Positions 28,809-38,767 of a DNA stretch of 64,000 bases are shown here, in pieces. Position numbers and translations under genes: made by a program. The notes under the pieces are model-generated. The model made no database searches and was not told the origin of the DNA. It saw nothing but the letters and a program-made list of their open reading frames with translations. Position 1 is the first letter of the stretch. Every line of letters begins with the position of its first letter. Origin of the DNA: Candidatus Saccharimonadota bacterium (GTDB taxonomy: Bacteria > Patescibacteriota > Saccharimonadia > QS-5-54-17); the NCBI GenBank assembly GCA_050486185.1, contig JBJHCT010000003.1, positions 37,500-101,499 of the forward strand, written 5' to 3'.

Positions 28809-31349
28809 GTGACAAAAAGGTGGGGATTAGGGATAACTTGGAAGCGTTTAGTCTCAAGCCTAGCTATTTTAGCTATATTAATATCTAGTTTATTCTTGGT
28901 AGTACCAACTGCCGAAGCTGATACTTGTGCAGACGTATTAGCTATATTCGCTAGAGGCTCTGGTCAAGACCACATCGACAGTAGCGGTAGTGATATTGAT
29001 CATACCGCCACCTTTTTTGATGAGCTGGAGAGTCGCAACGATGGTTCGCTAACCATAGAGACTGTAGACCTAGACTACCCTGCTCCAGGTATAGAAAGTT
29101 TTCTTAATGCTAAATTCCCATTTTTTCCAGGGGGATACCGCAAGAGCGTATCTAGCGGGGTTGATCAGCTCGAACAAGAGCTATTAGACCGTAGTCACTG
29201 TGAGGATCAAAAGATAGTTTTGGGCGGGTTTTCTCAAGGAGCTCACGTGATTGGTGATGCTTTGGAGGTAGTGGCTAGTTATGGTGGCATAGAATCCAGG
29301 GTGGTTGGTATCGGTATGTTTGGTGACCCTAAGTTTAATCCTGATTCCTATGCAGCTCATGGCACCTATCAAGCCCCGCAGCATAATCGCCTCCTAAATT
29401 CAGGAGGTATTTTAGGTTCTCGTGATGAATTTCCAGGGTTTTTTGAAGACAGATTACAGAGTTGGTGTAGGTATATGGACGGTATTTGTGAGAACAGTTT
29501 AACTGATGCAGTAATGCATATGCCGGCTCATACAGAGAGTTATCAGAACCGAGAAATACCCACCTTTATCAACCAAGTAGCCGATTCTATTGCGGGTTTG
29601 AGTTATGAGCCTACGTATGAATATAGTCCTGATTTATCCGAAAACTTAGATGTGATGTTTGTGGCTGAAAACATAGAGAGTAATTTACACCAAAGCCGAC
29701 TTAGAAGTATGGCCGTATATCATCAGCTAGATGATATACTGCACGGTCTTGATGGCCTTAGCGAAAGTACTAGGTTTGCTTATCTAGGCTATGGTGGGGG
29801 CTCCTCAGGTTTAAGTGATCCTGACTTGTGGTTACAACACGGACCCTTTACAGATGATATAGATGAATTTATCAATGATATTAGGGATAATACGAGGGAT
29901 TGGAGAAGCAACAGAGCCCACCCTCTTAATGCTTTAGTTAAAGCTTTTGAGTATGATTGGCGTGATGATGCTCGTAAAATCGTCTTCTTGATTACCGATA
30001 GAGGTCATCCAGAAGAGGTTGAAGCCGATACGGGTTATACTCTAGAGTCGGTTATCAATACAGCTCAGGCTTCTGAAATATCTATTTATCCAATATCGTC
30101 GCGTTTACTCAACCCAGACCTTTCTGAGTTAGATGCAGAGAGAGTAGCTAGGTATGAAAGGTTAGCCGATGAAACTCAGGGTATACGTTTCCCAGGCAAC
30201 TTAGGGTCTAGTGGTACAACTTCATTACTGCATGCTGTCGTTAATACTATCCCAATATTTCCTGATATATATAACGGTAGGCCGGGTATAGTTGACGAAC
30301 CGGGTGAAGAGTTTATTTTTGACCTTAGTGAATGGAGAAACCAAAATTATTACGATAAAGATATTAGATATAGGTGGCGATTTAGCAGTAACGACACTAC
30401 CTTCTTAGGTCCAACTGAGATAGTCTATAGTCCGACGGTCTATCATCAGTATGATGAGCCTTTTGAAGGTTTTGTTAGGGCTCAAGTCCAGGGAGAGCAT
30501 TGGTTAGGAGGATTCTCAAGAACTCCTAATATATTAACTAACCTAATTATTCCAGTAGATATAGATCCAGATAGAGGATATGTGCCAAATATTAATACCC
30601 CTAGAGACTTTGAAGTTATCGTGGAAGACGGTAGCTTAAATGCTAGCTGGTCGCCGCCAGATAACGCCTCCCCAGCTAGGTTAAGGGGGTATAATCTATA
30701 TACTGCTGACGGCGAAGAGCTGGCTACGCTAGACAGCAAGCTTAATGGTGTTGATATAACTAACATTACAGATGATCATGACCCTAATATTTTACTTAGC
30801 GCTATTAGCGCTCAGGGTGAGAGTCAAAAGATCAGCCCCAAAGTGACCGTTATAACGGATGGCGAACAAGTAGATAATAATCCTGATGAAAATACAGGTG
30901 AGAATGTGGATAATGAAGAATCGGACAATGATCAGTACAGCGATGATTTAGTAGCAGATATCGGTAGTGATGGCGATGAGCCAGAACCTATAGACCAAAC
31001 TAATGAGTCAGAAAGAAATCAGGATCAAGAAGATGGGTTGATTTCAGGAAGTGGTGACAGTGATTTTAGAGATGAACAGCAGGAGCTAGGTATATTCAAT
31101 AATGATGGCTCAAATCTATTAGGCATGTTTTTTGAAGATAGGTTTAATATCATCAAACTTGCGTCTATATCTATGCCTACAGCTGATATCAACAACTCCA
31201 GAGCCAATGTCTTAGGCGTTGGTGATGAAAACAGGCGTTACATTTGGCCCTATCTAGTATCTATATTCTTTTTCTTGAGCGCTGGATACTTAATCTATAG
31301 AAGGAAGTCTATAAATTTTAAAAAACATATAAGCAAAGTTAATCGATAG
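28809..31349 (+). CDS. Membrane-anchored cutinase-family multidomain protein (cutinase, vWA-like, Ig/FN3-like, C-terminal TM)
   Basis: Signal peptide; CADVLAIFARGS, GFSQGA, FGDP, C..DGIC..H; WRDDARKIVFLITD; ASWSPP; TM plus RRK. Confidence 0.8.
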   Translation: MTKRWGLGITWKRLVSSLAILAILISSLFLVVPTAEADTCADVLAIFARGSGQDHIDSSGSDIDHTATFFDELESRNDGSLTIETVDLDYPAPGIESFLNAKFPFFPGGYRKSVSSGVDQLEQELLDRSHCEDQKIVLGGFSQGAHVIGDALEVVASYGGIESRVVGIGMFGDPKFNPDSYAAHGTYQAPQHNRLLNSGGILGSRDEFPGFFEDRLQSWCRYMDGICENSLTDAVMHMPAHTESYQNREIPTFINQVADSIAGLSYEPTYEYSPDLSENLDVMFVAENIESNLHQSRLRSMAVYHQLDDILHGLDGLSESTRFAYLGYGGGSSGLSDPDLWLQHGPFTDDIDEFINDIRDNTRDWRSNRAHPLNALVKAFEYDWRDDARKIVFLITDRGHPEEVEADTGYTLESVINTAQASEISIYPISSRLLNPDLSELDAERVARYERLADETQGIRFPGNLGSSGTTSLLHAVVNTIPIFPDIYNGRPGIVDEPGEEFIFDLSEWRNQNYYDKDIRYRWRFSSNDTTFLGPTEIVYSPTVYHQYDEPFEGFVRAQVQGEHWLGGFSRTPNILTNLIIPVDIDPDRGYVPNINTPRDFEVIVEDGSLNASWSPPDNASPARLRGYNLYTADGEELATLDSKLNGVDITNITDDHDPNILLSAISAQGESQKISPKVTVITDGEQVDNNPDENTGENVDNEESDNDQYSDDLVADIGSDGDEPEPIDQTNESERNQDQEDGLISGSGDSDFRDEQQELGIFNNDGSNLLGMFFEDRFNIIKLASISMPTADINNSRANVLGVGDENRRYIWPYLVSIFFFLSAGYLIYRRKSINFKKHISKVNR

Positions 31350-31441
31350 GCAGATTCTAAACCCGTAACTCCCATGCTAGAATAATATAAACATATTTCT
31401 CTATATATAAATCAAAAAATTCAAATTAGGAACCTAAGCTT

Positions 31442-32410
31442 ATGCCCAGACTACCAATTCCAGGACAAGACTCAGGTACATGGGGAGACATCCTTAATGA
31501 ATTCCTGAATGTAGCCCACAACTCAGACGGTAGTCTAAGAAACATCAACCTAGAATTAATCTCTAATATCGATACCACTAACCTCCAAGACGGCGATGTT
31601 TTAGTTTATGACCAAGCAACTACCACTTGGCTAACCTCTACCCCAGCTAATAATGCCAGTGATGTTAGCTATGACGATACCAATACTACTCACGTCTCAG
31701 GAAACAACGTTCAATCAGCTCTAGAGTCAGTTGATAGCACCCTAGGTACTCACACCACTACCCTTGAATCAACCGGTTCACTTACCGATATAGTTACCTT
31801 TACTTCGTCAGGTACTTTTACCAAGGCCAACTATCCAGGTCTAAAACGCATTAGAGTTAGGCTAGTTGGAGGCGGTGGAGGCGGGGCAGGGGTTGCAGGT
31901 GCTGGATCTGGTAATGCTAGAGCTGGCGGCGGAGGGGGAGGAGGTGGTTATGCTGAGAGTTTAATTACTGAATCACAATTAGCAGCTTTGGAAACTGTAA
32001 CGGTTGGCGGTAGTGGGATACGTGGGTCTAATGGTAATAATGCTGGCGGCGGAGGGGGAACTAGCTCATTTGGCTCTTTAGTTGTCGCAACAGGTGGTGG
32101 AGGTGGTGGAGTAGCTATCGGAACCGGTGATGGTGGTGGTGCGGGTGCAGGAACTGCTGGAGATATAATTATTGGTGGCGGTAGCGGTGGCGGCGCCGGG
32201 GTGGCTAGAGCTAGTAGCGGAGCTGGTGGATCATCTGCTTTAGGCGGCGGCGGCCGAGGTATGTTTGCTTCAGACCCTACTGCCCGTAACGGAATCAACG
32301 CTAGCGGCTATGGCGGAGGTGGTAGCGGAGCATATGGCTTCAGTACTGGTTATGATCTAATCGGTGGACACGGTAGAGCCGGTATCGTCATCATCGAAAT
32401 ATATCGATAA
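31442..32410 (+). CDS. Glycine-rich domain protein with MPRLPIPG..GTWGDILN N-terminus
   Basis: FTSSGTF..VRLVGGGGGG..GIVIIE domain. Confidence 0.75.
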   Translation: MPRLPIPGQDSGTWGDILNEFLNVAHNSDGSLRNINLELISNIDTTNLQDGDVLVYDQATTTWLTSTPANNASDVSYDDTNTTHVSGNNVQSALESVDSTLGTHTTTLESTGSLTDIVTFTSSGTFTKANYPGLKRIRVRLVGGGGGGAGVAGAGSGNARAGGGGGGGGYAESLITESQLAALETVTVGGSGIRGSNGNNAGGGGGTSSFGSLVVATGGGGGGVAIGTGDGGGAGAGTAGDIIIGGGSGGGAGVARASSGAGGSSALGGGGRGMFASDPTARNGINASGYGGGGSGAYGFSTGYDLIGGHGRAGIVIIEIYR

Positions 32411-32499
32411 TAAGTTCTAACAACTTTGCTCTAGCAAGTTGATACATGATATAATAATCTGCAAAGGTCAATATTAGTAAAGTTTGAAGGAGGCAGCTA

Positions 32500-32625
32500 A
32501 TGCCCGAACCTAAGAAGCGTCGCAGTCCGCGCAAACAAGGATTGCATAGATCGCACGAAGTTAGAAAGCTAGCAGAAGCGGTTAACAAGAGATCACCTGT
32601 TAAGGTGAAGCTAGGTAAGAAGTAA
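32500..32625 (+). CDS. rpmF: 50S ribosomal protein L32, short Cys-free form (41 aa)
   Basis: MPEPKKRRSPRKQGLHRSH; AAGGAGG RBS; upstream of nusB and rnc. Confidence 0.75.
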   Translation: MPEPKKRRSPRKQGLHRSHEVRKLAEAVNKRSPVKVKLGKK

Positions 32626-32709
32626 GTAAAATAAGATGTTATCTATAATCAAAGAGATTTTAGCTCTACTAACATTTTTCAAGTAAATTAACAAAATAGG
32701 TTATTGCAA

Positions 32710-33171
32710 ATGGCATCCAATCGACATCTAGGCCGTATAGTCGCACTACAGAGTCTGTATGAGTACGATTTTCGCAGTGGTGAAGATTTAAGTATCAAAG
32801 AGGTTACAGATCGCAACTTAGTCCAGTACGAAGATGTGATTGATGATAAGGACTTTGTCTACAATCTAACCAATTCAGTAGTTGATAGGCTCAAAGAGAT
32901 CGATGCCATCATAGCTCCGGCTGCACCAGAGTGGCCAGTTGAACAGATTGCTAGGGTCGATAGAGTTATCTTGCGCATGGCAGTTTATGAGTTAGCGCTA
33001 GATGAAGAAACCCCACCCAAAGTTGTTATCAACGAGGCCGTAGAGCTAGCTAAATCTTTCGGAGCCGATAACTCATCAAAATTCATTAACGGAGTATTAG
33101 GAACAGTATATAGTGAACGAATCGAAGACAAATCAACCAAAGCCAAACAGCCAAAAGCAGACGAACAATAA
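32710..33171 (+). CDS. nusB: Transcription antitermination factor NusB
   Basis: RHLGRIVALQSLYE, DRVILR, INEAVELAK, FINGVLG. Confidence 0.96.
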   Translation: MASNRHLGRIVALQSLYEYDFRSGEDLSIKEVTDRNLVQYEDVIDDKDFVYNLTNSVVDRLKEIDAIIAPAAPEWPVEQIARVDRVILRMAVYELALDEETPPKVVINEAVELAKSFGADNSSKFINGVLGTVYSERIEDKSTKAKQPKADEQ

Positions 33172-33697
33172 CCGTCCGGCCAACCATTCTAAGAACAAAA
33201 ACAAGGGTGGCGGACGTCAGCGTCGAGGCAGTAAACTTCAACATATACGCAGGCGTATTCGCCGTACGGTAGAGGAAGAGACTGCCGGTGGTGTAGTTTT
33301 TCGCCGTGGCAAAGAAGGAATTGAGATATTGATGATTCAAGATATCAAGGGCCGCTGGACCATACCGAAAGGTCACGTAGAGGAAGGTGAGCGGATTGAA
33401 GAAACCGCCCTAAGAGAGATTGAGGAAGAGACAGGTCTAAAGTACATTAAAATCCTAGACCGTTTAGGTAAAATCGATTTCCGTTATCGCAAGTTCGACA
33501 AATTGATCTTGATGACTACTCATATCTTTTTAATCCATGCTTTTAAAGATAGCGACAACTACCGTCCTGAAGAAAGCGAAGGTATTAAAGACGTAAAGTG
33601 GTTCCCAGCTAATGAAGCTTTAGATTTAATCGAGTATGATGATATAGGGAAGCTTTTCCTAATAGCATTAAAGAAAATACGCCATGGCGGATATTAA
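33113..33697 (+). CDS. NUDIX hydrolase (start uncertain)
   Basis: PKGHVEEGERIEETALREIEEETG. Confidence 0.88.
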   Translation: MNESKTNQPKPNSQKQTNNNRPANHSKNKNKGGGRQRRGSKLQHIRRRIRRTVEEETAGGVVFRRGKEGIEILMIQDIKGRWTIPKGHVEEGERIEETALREIEEETGLKYIKILDRLGKIDFRYRKFDKLILMTTHIFLIHAFKDSDNYRPEESEGIKDVKWFPANEALDLIEYDDIGKLFLIALKKIRHGGY

Positions 33698-34376
33698 AGA
33701 TTTAGCTAAAACTATCGAAATTGAGATGAAGGATGAGTCGCTGTATGAGACGGCTCTAACTCATCGGTCATTTCTAAATGAAAAGGACACTTCAGCTCAA
33801 GAACACAATGAGCGCATGGAGTTTTTGGGTGATGCTGTCTTAGAGCTAATCGTAACTGAGTATCTATACCGTAAATACGATGATCCAGAAGGAGTATTAA
33901 CTAACTGGCGTAGTGCACTGGTTAAAACGGAATCTTTAAGTTCTGTGGCAGAAAATCTTGGCATTGAACAGTACTTGCGTCTAAGTCGTGGTGAGCGCAA
34001 AGGCTCACGCCGGGCACGGCTGCAGATACTAGCCAATGCCATTGAAGCTATCATCGGCGCTATTTATTTAGATAGAGGATATAAACAAGCCCAAGAGTTT
34101 GTAACTAAAAACATCATTTCTACCCTACCTACTATCTTAGAAGAAGGAAGTTGGCGGGACGCTAAGACCGCCTATCAGGAATTAATTCAAGAGCAAGAAG
34201 GCCATACCCCAGAATATGAAGTCATTAGCGAATCCGGGCCAGATCATGATAAGCAGTTTGTTTTCGGTGTCTACGTCGATGGTGATTTACGCGGGAAAGG
34301 CGAGGGGGCTAGCAAGCAGAGCGCCCAACAGTCGGCTGCTAAAGATGCCCTAGAGTCGATCGAAGAGAGTCAGTAA
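33684..34376 (+). CDS. rnc: Ribonuclease III
   Basis: ALTHRS, NERMEFLGDAVL, dsRBD GPDHDK. Confidence 0.97.
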   Translation: MADIKDLAKTIEIEMKDESLYETALTHRSFLNEKDTSAQEHNERMEFLGDAVLELIVTEYLYRKYDDPEGVLTNWRSALVKTESLSSVAENLGIEQYLRLSRGERKGSRRARLQILANAIEAIIGAIYLDRGYKQAQEFVTKNIISTLPTILEEGSWRDAKTAYQELIQEQEGHTPEYEVISESGPDHDKQFVFGVYVDGDLRGKGEGASKQSAQQSAAKDALESIEESQ

Positions 34377-34389
34377 ATTTATTAATAGT

Positions 34390-34418
34390 TTGACAGTTCG
34401 TCCAGAGGTGGTTAAAAT
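34390..34418 (+). promoter_or_regulatory. rpsP promoter
   Basis: TTGACA-17-TAAAAT. Confidence 0.65.
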
Positions 34419-34508
34419 ATGACGAGTTGTAATTAATAAGTAAAAGTTTAAATAGCTTTTCCCCGCTCCAGATCAAGCTGAGCGGCGATTAAATTTAAGA
34501 GAGGAATC

Positions 34509-35063
34509 ATGCTAACAATCAGATTAGCCAGAACTGGCCGTAAAAATCTTGCCAACTACCGTGTAGTAGTAGCAGATTCTCATCGTGCCGCCACTGGTAA
34601 ATTCGTATCCCAACTAGGTCACTATAATCCCCACACCAAAGAACTGGTAATAGATGAGGATAAAACTCAAAAGTTTCTAGATAATGGTGCCCAGCCATCT
34701 AGTAAGATGGTTAGATTGCTAGACACTCAGAAAGGTATCAAATTGCCAGACTGGGCCAAGTCTAACCTAGTAGAAAAACAAAGTAAGCCAAAGAAGCAAG
34801 CTGAGGAGCAGGCCGAGGAAGGTGCTGCTGAAGCTAAGTCTGAAGCAGAAGTAGAAGCTGAATCTCAAAAGGATTCCGAGGATGAGACTAAGGAAGAAAA
34901 CAGTAAAGATAAGAAAGCTGATCAAGAAAATGCTGCAGAGTCAGCAGAAGAGTCCGGTTCTAAAGAAGATGATAAGTCTGAAGAGAAAACTGATTCGAAA
35001 GAAGCAAAAGAGTCTGATAAATCAGATGAAGCCCCGGCCGATACCTCAAAAGACGAAAAATAG
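34509..35063 (+). CDS. rpsP: 30S ribosomal protein S16 with long acidic tail
   Basis: IRLARTGRK..YRVVVADS..GHYNP..GAQPS. Confidence 0.95.
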   Translation: MLTIRLARTGRKNLANYRVVVADSHRAATGKFVSQLGHYNPHTKELVIDEDKTQKFLDNGAQPSSKMVRLLDTQKGIKLPDWAKSNLVEKQSKPKKQAEEQAEEGAAEAKSEAEVEAESQKDSEDETKEENSKDKKADQENAAESAEESGSKEDDKSEEKTDSKEAKESDKSDEAPADTSKDEK

Positions 35064-35167
35064 CTTATAGCAACCGATACTACTTTGGCCTACTTTGTTA
35101 GCGCCAAGGTAGCTGTGCTAATATAGAGTTTGAGTGAGTAAATTAATAAATTAGAAGGAGTGCCGAT

Positions 35168-35650
35168 ATGGCAGATACTATCGACCAGCAGTTTGTAGAA
35201 TATATAGCGAAAGCATTAGTGGATAATCCCGACGAAGTTAGAGTAGAGAGAATTATTGATGAGCGAGGAGTTTTGCTCCAGCTACATGTAGCACCAGGAG
35301 ACTTGGGCCGAGTTATCGGTCGAGCAGGCTCTACTGCTAAAAGTATCCGTACACTACTTCGAGCTTTGAGTGTTAAAAACGATGCTAGATACAACCTCAA
35401 AATTATCGAGCCAGATGAAGAGGGTGGTGACTCAAGAACTACTTCCGAAGACACAGTAGCTGAAGATCAACAAGTAGAAGCTAGTGTTGATGAAGCTACC
35501 GATCAGACCGACGAAGTAGTTGAAGAAGAGCAGGTAGAAGAAGTAGAAGCTGAAGTTGAAGAGCCAGCAGCTGAAGAGGAAGAAGAAAGCGACCTAGTTA
35601 GTCGTAGCCGCAGAGAAATCGCTGATTTAACTGACGATCTAGACGACTAA
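35168..35650 (+). CDS. khpA: KH-domain RNA-binding protein with acidic tail
   Basis: LVDNPDEV, DLGRVIGRAG; between rpsP and trmD. Confidence 0.88.
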   Translation: MADTIDQQFVEYIAKALVDNPDEVRVERIIDERGVLLQLHVAPGDLGRVIGRAGSTAKSIRTLLRALSVKNDARYNLKIIEPDEEGGDSRTTSEDTVAEDQQVEASVDEATDQTDEVVEEEQVEEVEAEVEEPAAEEEEESDLVSRSRREIADLTDDLDD

Positions 35651-35700
35651 TCTTAAAGCTAAACTTGTTTGCAGCCGATAATTCCTAGATACTAGTCGTT

Positions 35701-36360
35701 ATGAAGATTAGTATTATTACCCTATTTCCCGATATGTTTTCGGGCCCCTTTGATATGAGCATGCTCAAAAAAGCTCAAGATAACAATCTCTTAGAGTTAG
35801 AGTTTATCGACCTGCGAGATTTTGGTGTGGGACCAAGAAGGCAAGTAGACGATAGCCCCTATGGCGGTGGTGATGGCATGGTGTTAAGACCTGAGCCGGT
35901 AGTTGAGGCTATCGAGCAAGTTCTAAAGCAGTCCGAATTTAGCAAGGAAGAGACTAAAGTCATACTACTTACCCCAAGAGGTGATACGTATATTCAATCA
36001 GCTGCTAGAGACTTAGTTGAAAGCAAACACCTAGTATTAATCTGTGGACACTACGAAGGATTTGATGAGCGTATAGTTGAATTTGTAGATTTGCAAGTTT
36101 CAATCGGTGACTACGTTCTAACTGGCGGTGAAATACCAGCTATGGTATTAGTTGACTCAGTAGTTAGACTTATCCCAGGAGTCTTGGGCGGTGAGCGCTC
36201 AGCTATAGATGAATCATTTAGCGATGATCAGACTCTAGAACATCCCCACTATACTCGCCCCGAAGAGTTTAGAGGACAAAAAGTACCAGAAGTGCTTTTG
36301 AGTGGTAATCATCAAGAGATTGCCAAGTGGCGACAAGACAATAGCATTGCTAAGAATTGA
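35701..36360 (+). CDS. trmD: tRNA (guanine37-N1)-methyltransferase
   Basis: DDSPYGGG, CGHYEGFDER, SIGDYVLTGGE, YTRP. Confidence 0.97.
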   Translation: MKISIITLFPDMFSGPFDMSMLKKAQDNNLLELEFIDLRDFGVGPRRQVDDSPYGGGDGMVLRPEPVVEAIEQVLKQSEFSKEETKVILLTPRGDTYIQSAARDLVESKHLVLICGHYEGFDERIVEFVDLQVSIGDYVLTGGEIPAMVLVDSVVRLIPGVLGGERSAIDESFSDDQTLEHPHYTRPEEFRGQKVPEVLLSGNHQEIAKWRQDNSIAKN

Positions 36361-36417
36361 TAAATACTTATAAATATTGCATAGTATAGAGACTATTAAT
36401 TCTATGTCAGGATAAAT

Positions 36418-37395
36418 ATGTCTGAATATATCCCTAAAACACCGGAAACAATCCCCTCCGAAGAAGAGTTCTTTACTGAACTGGCTGCTTCGGCCTTTTA
36501 TATCCGTCAAGTAGCGGATAATCAACTGGTTGGTGGCGAGATTGAGAGCTTAAGCCAATCCATCGGCAATGTCTTAAATTGGCCAAATAGACCAGCTAAT
36601 AGGGGTTCAGAAAAGCCTAATTTAGTACCAGTGCCATCAGCTGATATGACTGATGATCCTATGGATTGGATTAAACCTTTCACCAAGAGCTCAACACTGT
36701 ATCTACACAGGATTGCAGCTAGCTGTTTAGATACCGGTAAAGACAATCAAGAAAATACTCCGGCACGCATGTCTATATATACCGACTTCAATATACTATA
36801 TCGATCGGTTGAGAATAGCCTAGATAGCATCGGTATAGCTATAGATGATCAAACCAAAGTAGACATAGTTAGATGGTATGGTGTTAGCTTTGTTCTAGCT
36901 AGAGCCTTAAATGCTGTAGGTTTAGAGCATGAATCAGCGATATTGGTAGGACATCAAGACTGGCGAAGAAGAGAGGTTGAGCCTAGATCAGAGGTATTTC
37001 GGCACAACCCTGTGTATCGAGACTATATTAACGATAGAAACAATCAGGTGTACGACAATCTAAGACGCCTAGTGTCTAATGAAGATTGGTACTATGAGGG
37101 GATTCAATGGTCAGCTTATGCCCATAGCTTAGGACTAGAGTATCTTTATGAATTGCTAGCAGACAAACTACACGCTACAGGACCTATCGGTATAAGTTTC
37201 GAGGATTTACTGAACAAGATCGAAATTGAGCAGATGATCTATATATGCCAGTACTTAGCAGATAGTAATTTTAAAATATCATCTGCTAAGCGCTTACTAT
37301 CTAGGGTATTTAGTTTTAGGAACAAAGATCTAGTGGCTATGGCGACAGACAACCTATACTTACTTCATATGCCAGATGGTGACTCTACGGCCTAA
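36418..37395 (+). CDS. Hypothetical protein
   Basis: 325-aa ORF, no recognised motif. Confidence 0.6.
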   Translation: MSEYIPKTPETIPSEEEFFTELAASAFYIRQVADNQLVGGEIESLSQSIGNVLNWPNRPANRGSEKPNLVPVPSADMTDDPMDWIKPFTKSSTLYLHRIAASCLDTGKDNQENTPARMSIYTDFNILYRSVENSLDSIGIAIDDQTKVDIVRWYGVSFVLARALNAVGLEHESAILVGHQDWRRREVEPRSEVFRHNPVYRDYINDRNNQVYDNLRRLVSNEDWYYEGIQWSAYAHSLGLEYLYELLADKLHATGPIGISFEDLLNKIEIEQMIYICQYLADSNFKISSAKRLLSRVFSFRNKDLVAMATDNLYLLHMPDGDSTA

Positions 37396-37440
37396 GGTTT
37401 GCGTCCAGCCAGTGCTATACTAGATAAAAAGGAGGGATTT

Positions 37441-37836
37441 ATGATTAAAACTATTCTATCAAGTCTAGCTACACCGGTATCGGCTCACTGTGACTTAATG
37501 TGCGGGGTTTATGACCCAGCTCAAGCTCGTATCGAGGCCGAATCTGTTAAAGCTATCATGGAAAAATACCAAGATTCAGATGATGAGGTATTCAAGCAAA
37601 GATGCATTATCATCAAAGAACAGCGTGCCCAGTTAGTTAAAGAGCACTTATGGGTGCTATGGACAGACTATTTCAAACCAGAACATGTAGAGTCACACCC
37701 TGATTTACACGATCTAATCTGGCGAGCCACTAAATGCGCAGGAGATTGCAAGAAATCAACCGATCCAGAAGATGGCCAAAAACTACTAGACCTAATTACT
37801 GAAGTAGCTAGAGTATTTGCTGAAACTAAGAAATAG
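37441..37836 (+). CDS. sodN: Nickel superoxide dismutase precursor
   Basis: AHCDLMCGVYDPAQARIEA, KEHLWVLWTDYFKP; GGAGG RBS. Confidence 0.93.
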   Translation: MIKTILSSLATPVSAHCDLMCGVYDPAQARIEAESVKAIMEKYQDSDDEVFKQRCIIIKEQRAQLVKEHLWVLWTDYFKPEHVESHPDLHDLIWRATKCAGDCKKSTDPEDGQKLLDLITEVARVFAETKK

Positions 37837-37846
37837 TAAGTAAATC

Positions 37847-38131
37847 ATGCTGAAACTACCCTGGTTAAAACTCTACAGAGTGGAAGGTGAATCTATGCAG
37901 CCAACCTTCAAGCCAGGTGATTTACTACTAGGATCAGCCCTAGTTACACCTAAAGTAGGTCATCCCGTAGTTCTCAAACGCCAACCCTTAAGTATAAAGC
38001 GGATCAAAAAGCTCAACGCTCAGGGGGTGTGGCTAGAGGGGGATAACAGTAGTCAAAGTAGCGATAGTCGGCAGTATGGGTATGTTAATGATAAGGATAT
38101 AGAGTCGGTGATATTTATGAAGCTAGCCTAA
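37847..38131 (+). CDS. sodX: NiSOD maturation protease (S26 type)
   Basis: VEGESMQPT, IKRI, GDN..SSDSRQYG; follows sodN. Confidence 0.88.
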   Translation: MLKLPWLKLYRVEGESMQPTFKPGDLLLGSALVTPKVGHPVVLKRQPLSIKRIKKLNAQGVWLEGDNSSQSSDSRQYGYVNDKDIESVIFMKLA

Positions 38132-38162
38132 TAGTTTGCTACAATATACCAGCGTATCTTAT

Positions 38163-38236
38163 TGGGGTGTAGCCAAGCGGTAAGGCAACGGATTCTGGTT
38201 CCGTGATCCTAGGTTCGAATCCTAGCACCCCAGCCA
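38163..38236 (+). tRNA. tRNA-Gln(CTG)
   Basis: TGGGGTG/CACCCCA acceptor; ACGGA-TTCTGGT-TCCGT; GGTTCGAATCC; CCA. Confidence 0.95.
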
Positions 38237-38325
38237 AGCATAAGCAATATACTATTAAAATGTATGTTTTAAAATATATAGACATTTCTGTATAATATCT
38301 GTACGCGTAACTAGGAGATAAGACT

Positions 38326-38658
38326 ATGAGTATTGAAAAGCCAACAGCAGAAATTTTCAAGGGTGGTGACAGAAGTGAGGTAGCTAGTGATCGTGAGATA
38401 CCTACAGTAAAAGAGCAAATCCTCACTAGCATTCAAGGATATGTTGATGCTAGAAGCAAAATGGTAGCAGAGATCAGTACACTACCGTTAGACGGTATCG
38501 TAAAGATGGTGAAGGAATTAGATACCGCATGCAGAGACGAGACCCTAAATAAGGAGCAGCAAACAGAAGCCACTCTTCTAAGCACAGTCCTGCAAGAGCA
38601 GGCTATACGAATACACGGGCAGGATTCATATCAAAGAGCCTTCTTTCAGTCTGAGTAA
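38326..38658 (+). CDS. Hypothetical protein
   Basis: ORF with AGGAG RBS. Confidence 0.55.
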   Translation: MSIEKPTAEIFKGGDRSEVASDREIPTVKEQILTSIQGYVDARSKMVAEISTLPLDGIVKMVKELDTACRDETLNKEQQTEATLLSTVLQEQAIRIHGQDSYQRAFFQSE

Positions 38659-38767
38659 TAGCCTCCTGAAATGCATCCACTAGCCCCAGCCACGAATTTT
38701 CACGAAAGAATACCCAGCGGCAGATTATGCGTAGTAATAAGAAGATTGAATCGTTATACTTAGCTAC

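Noticed and set aside
34395-34412. GTTCG in rpsP promoter as LexA box
   Set aside because: No second half-site 11 bp away
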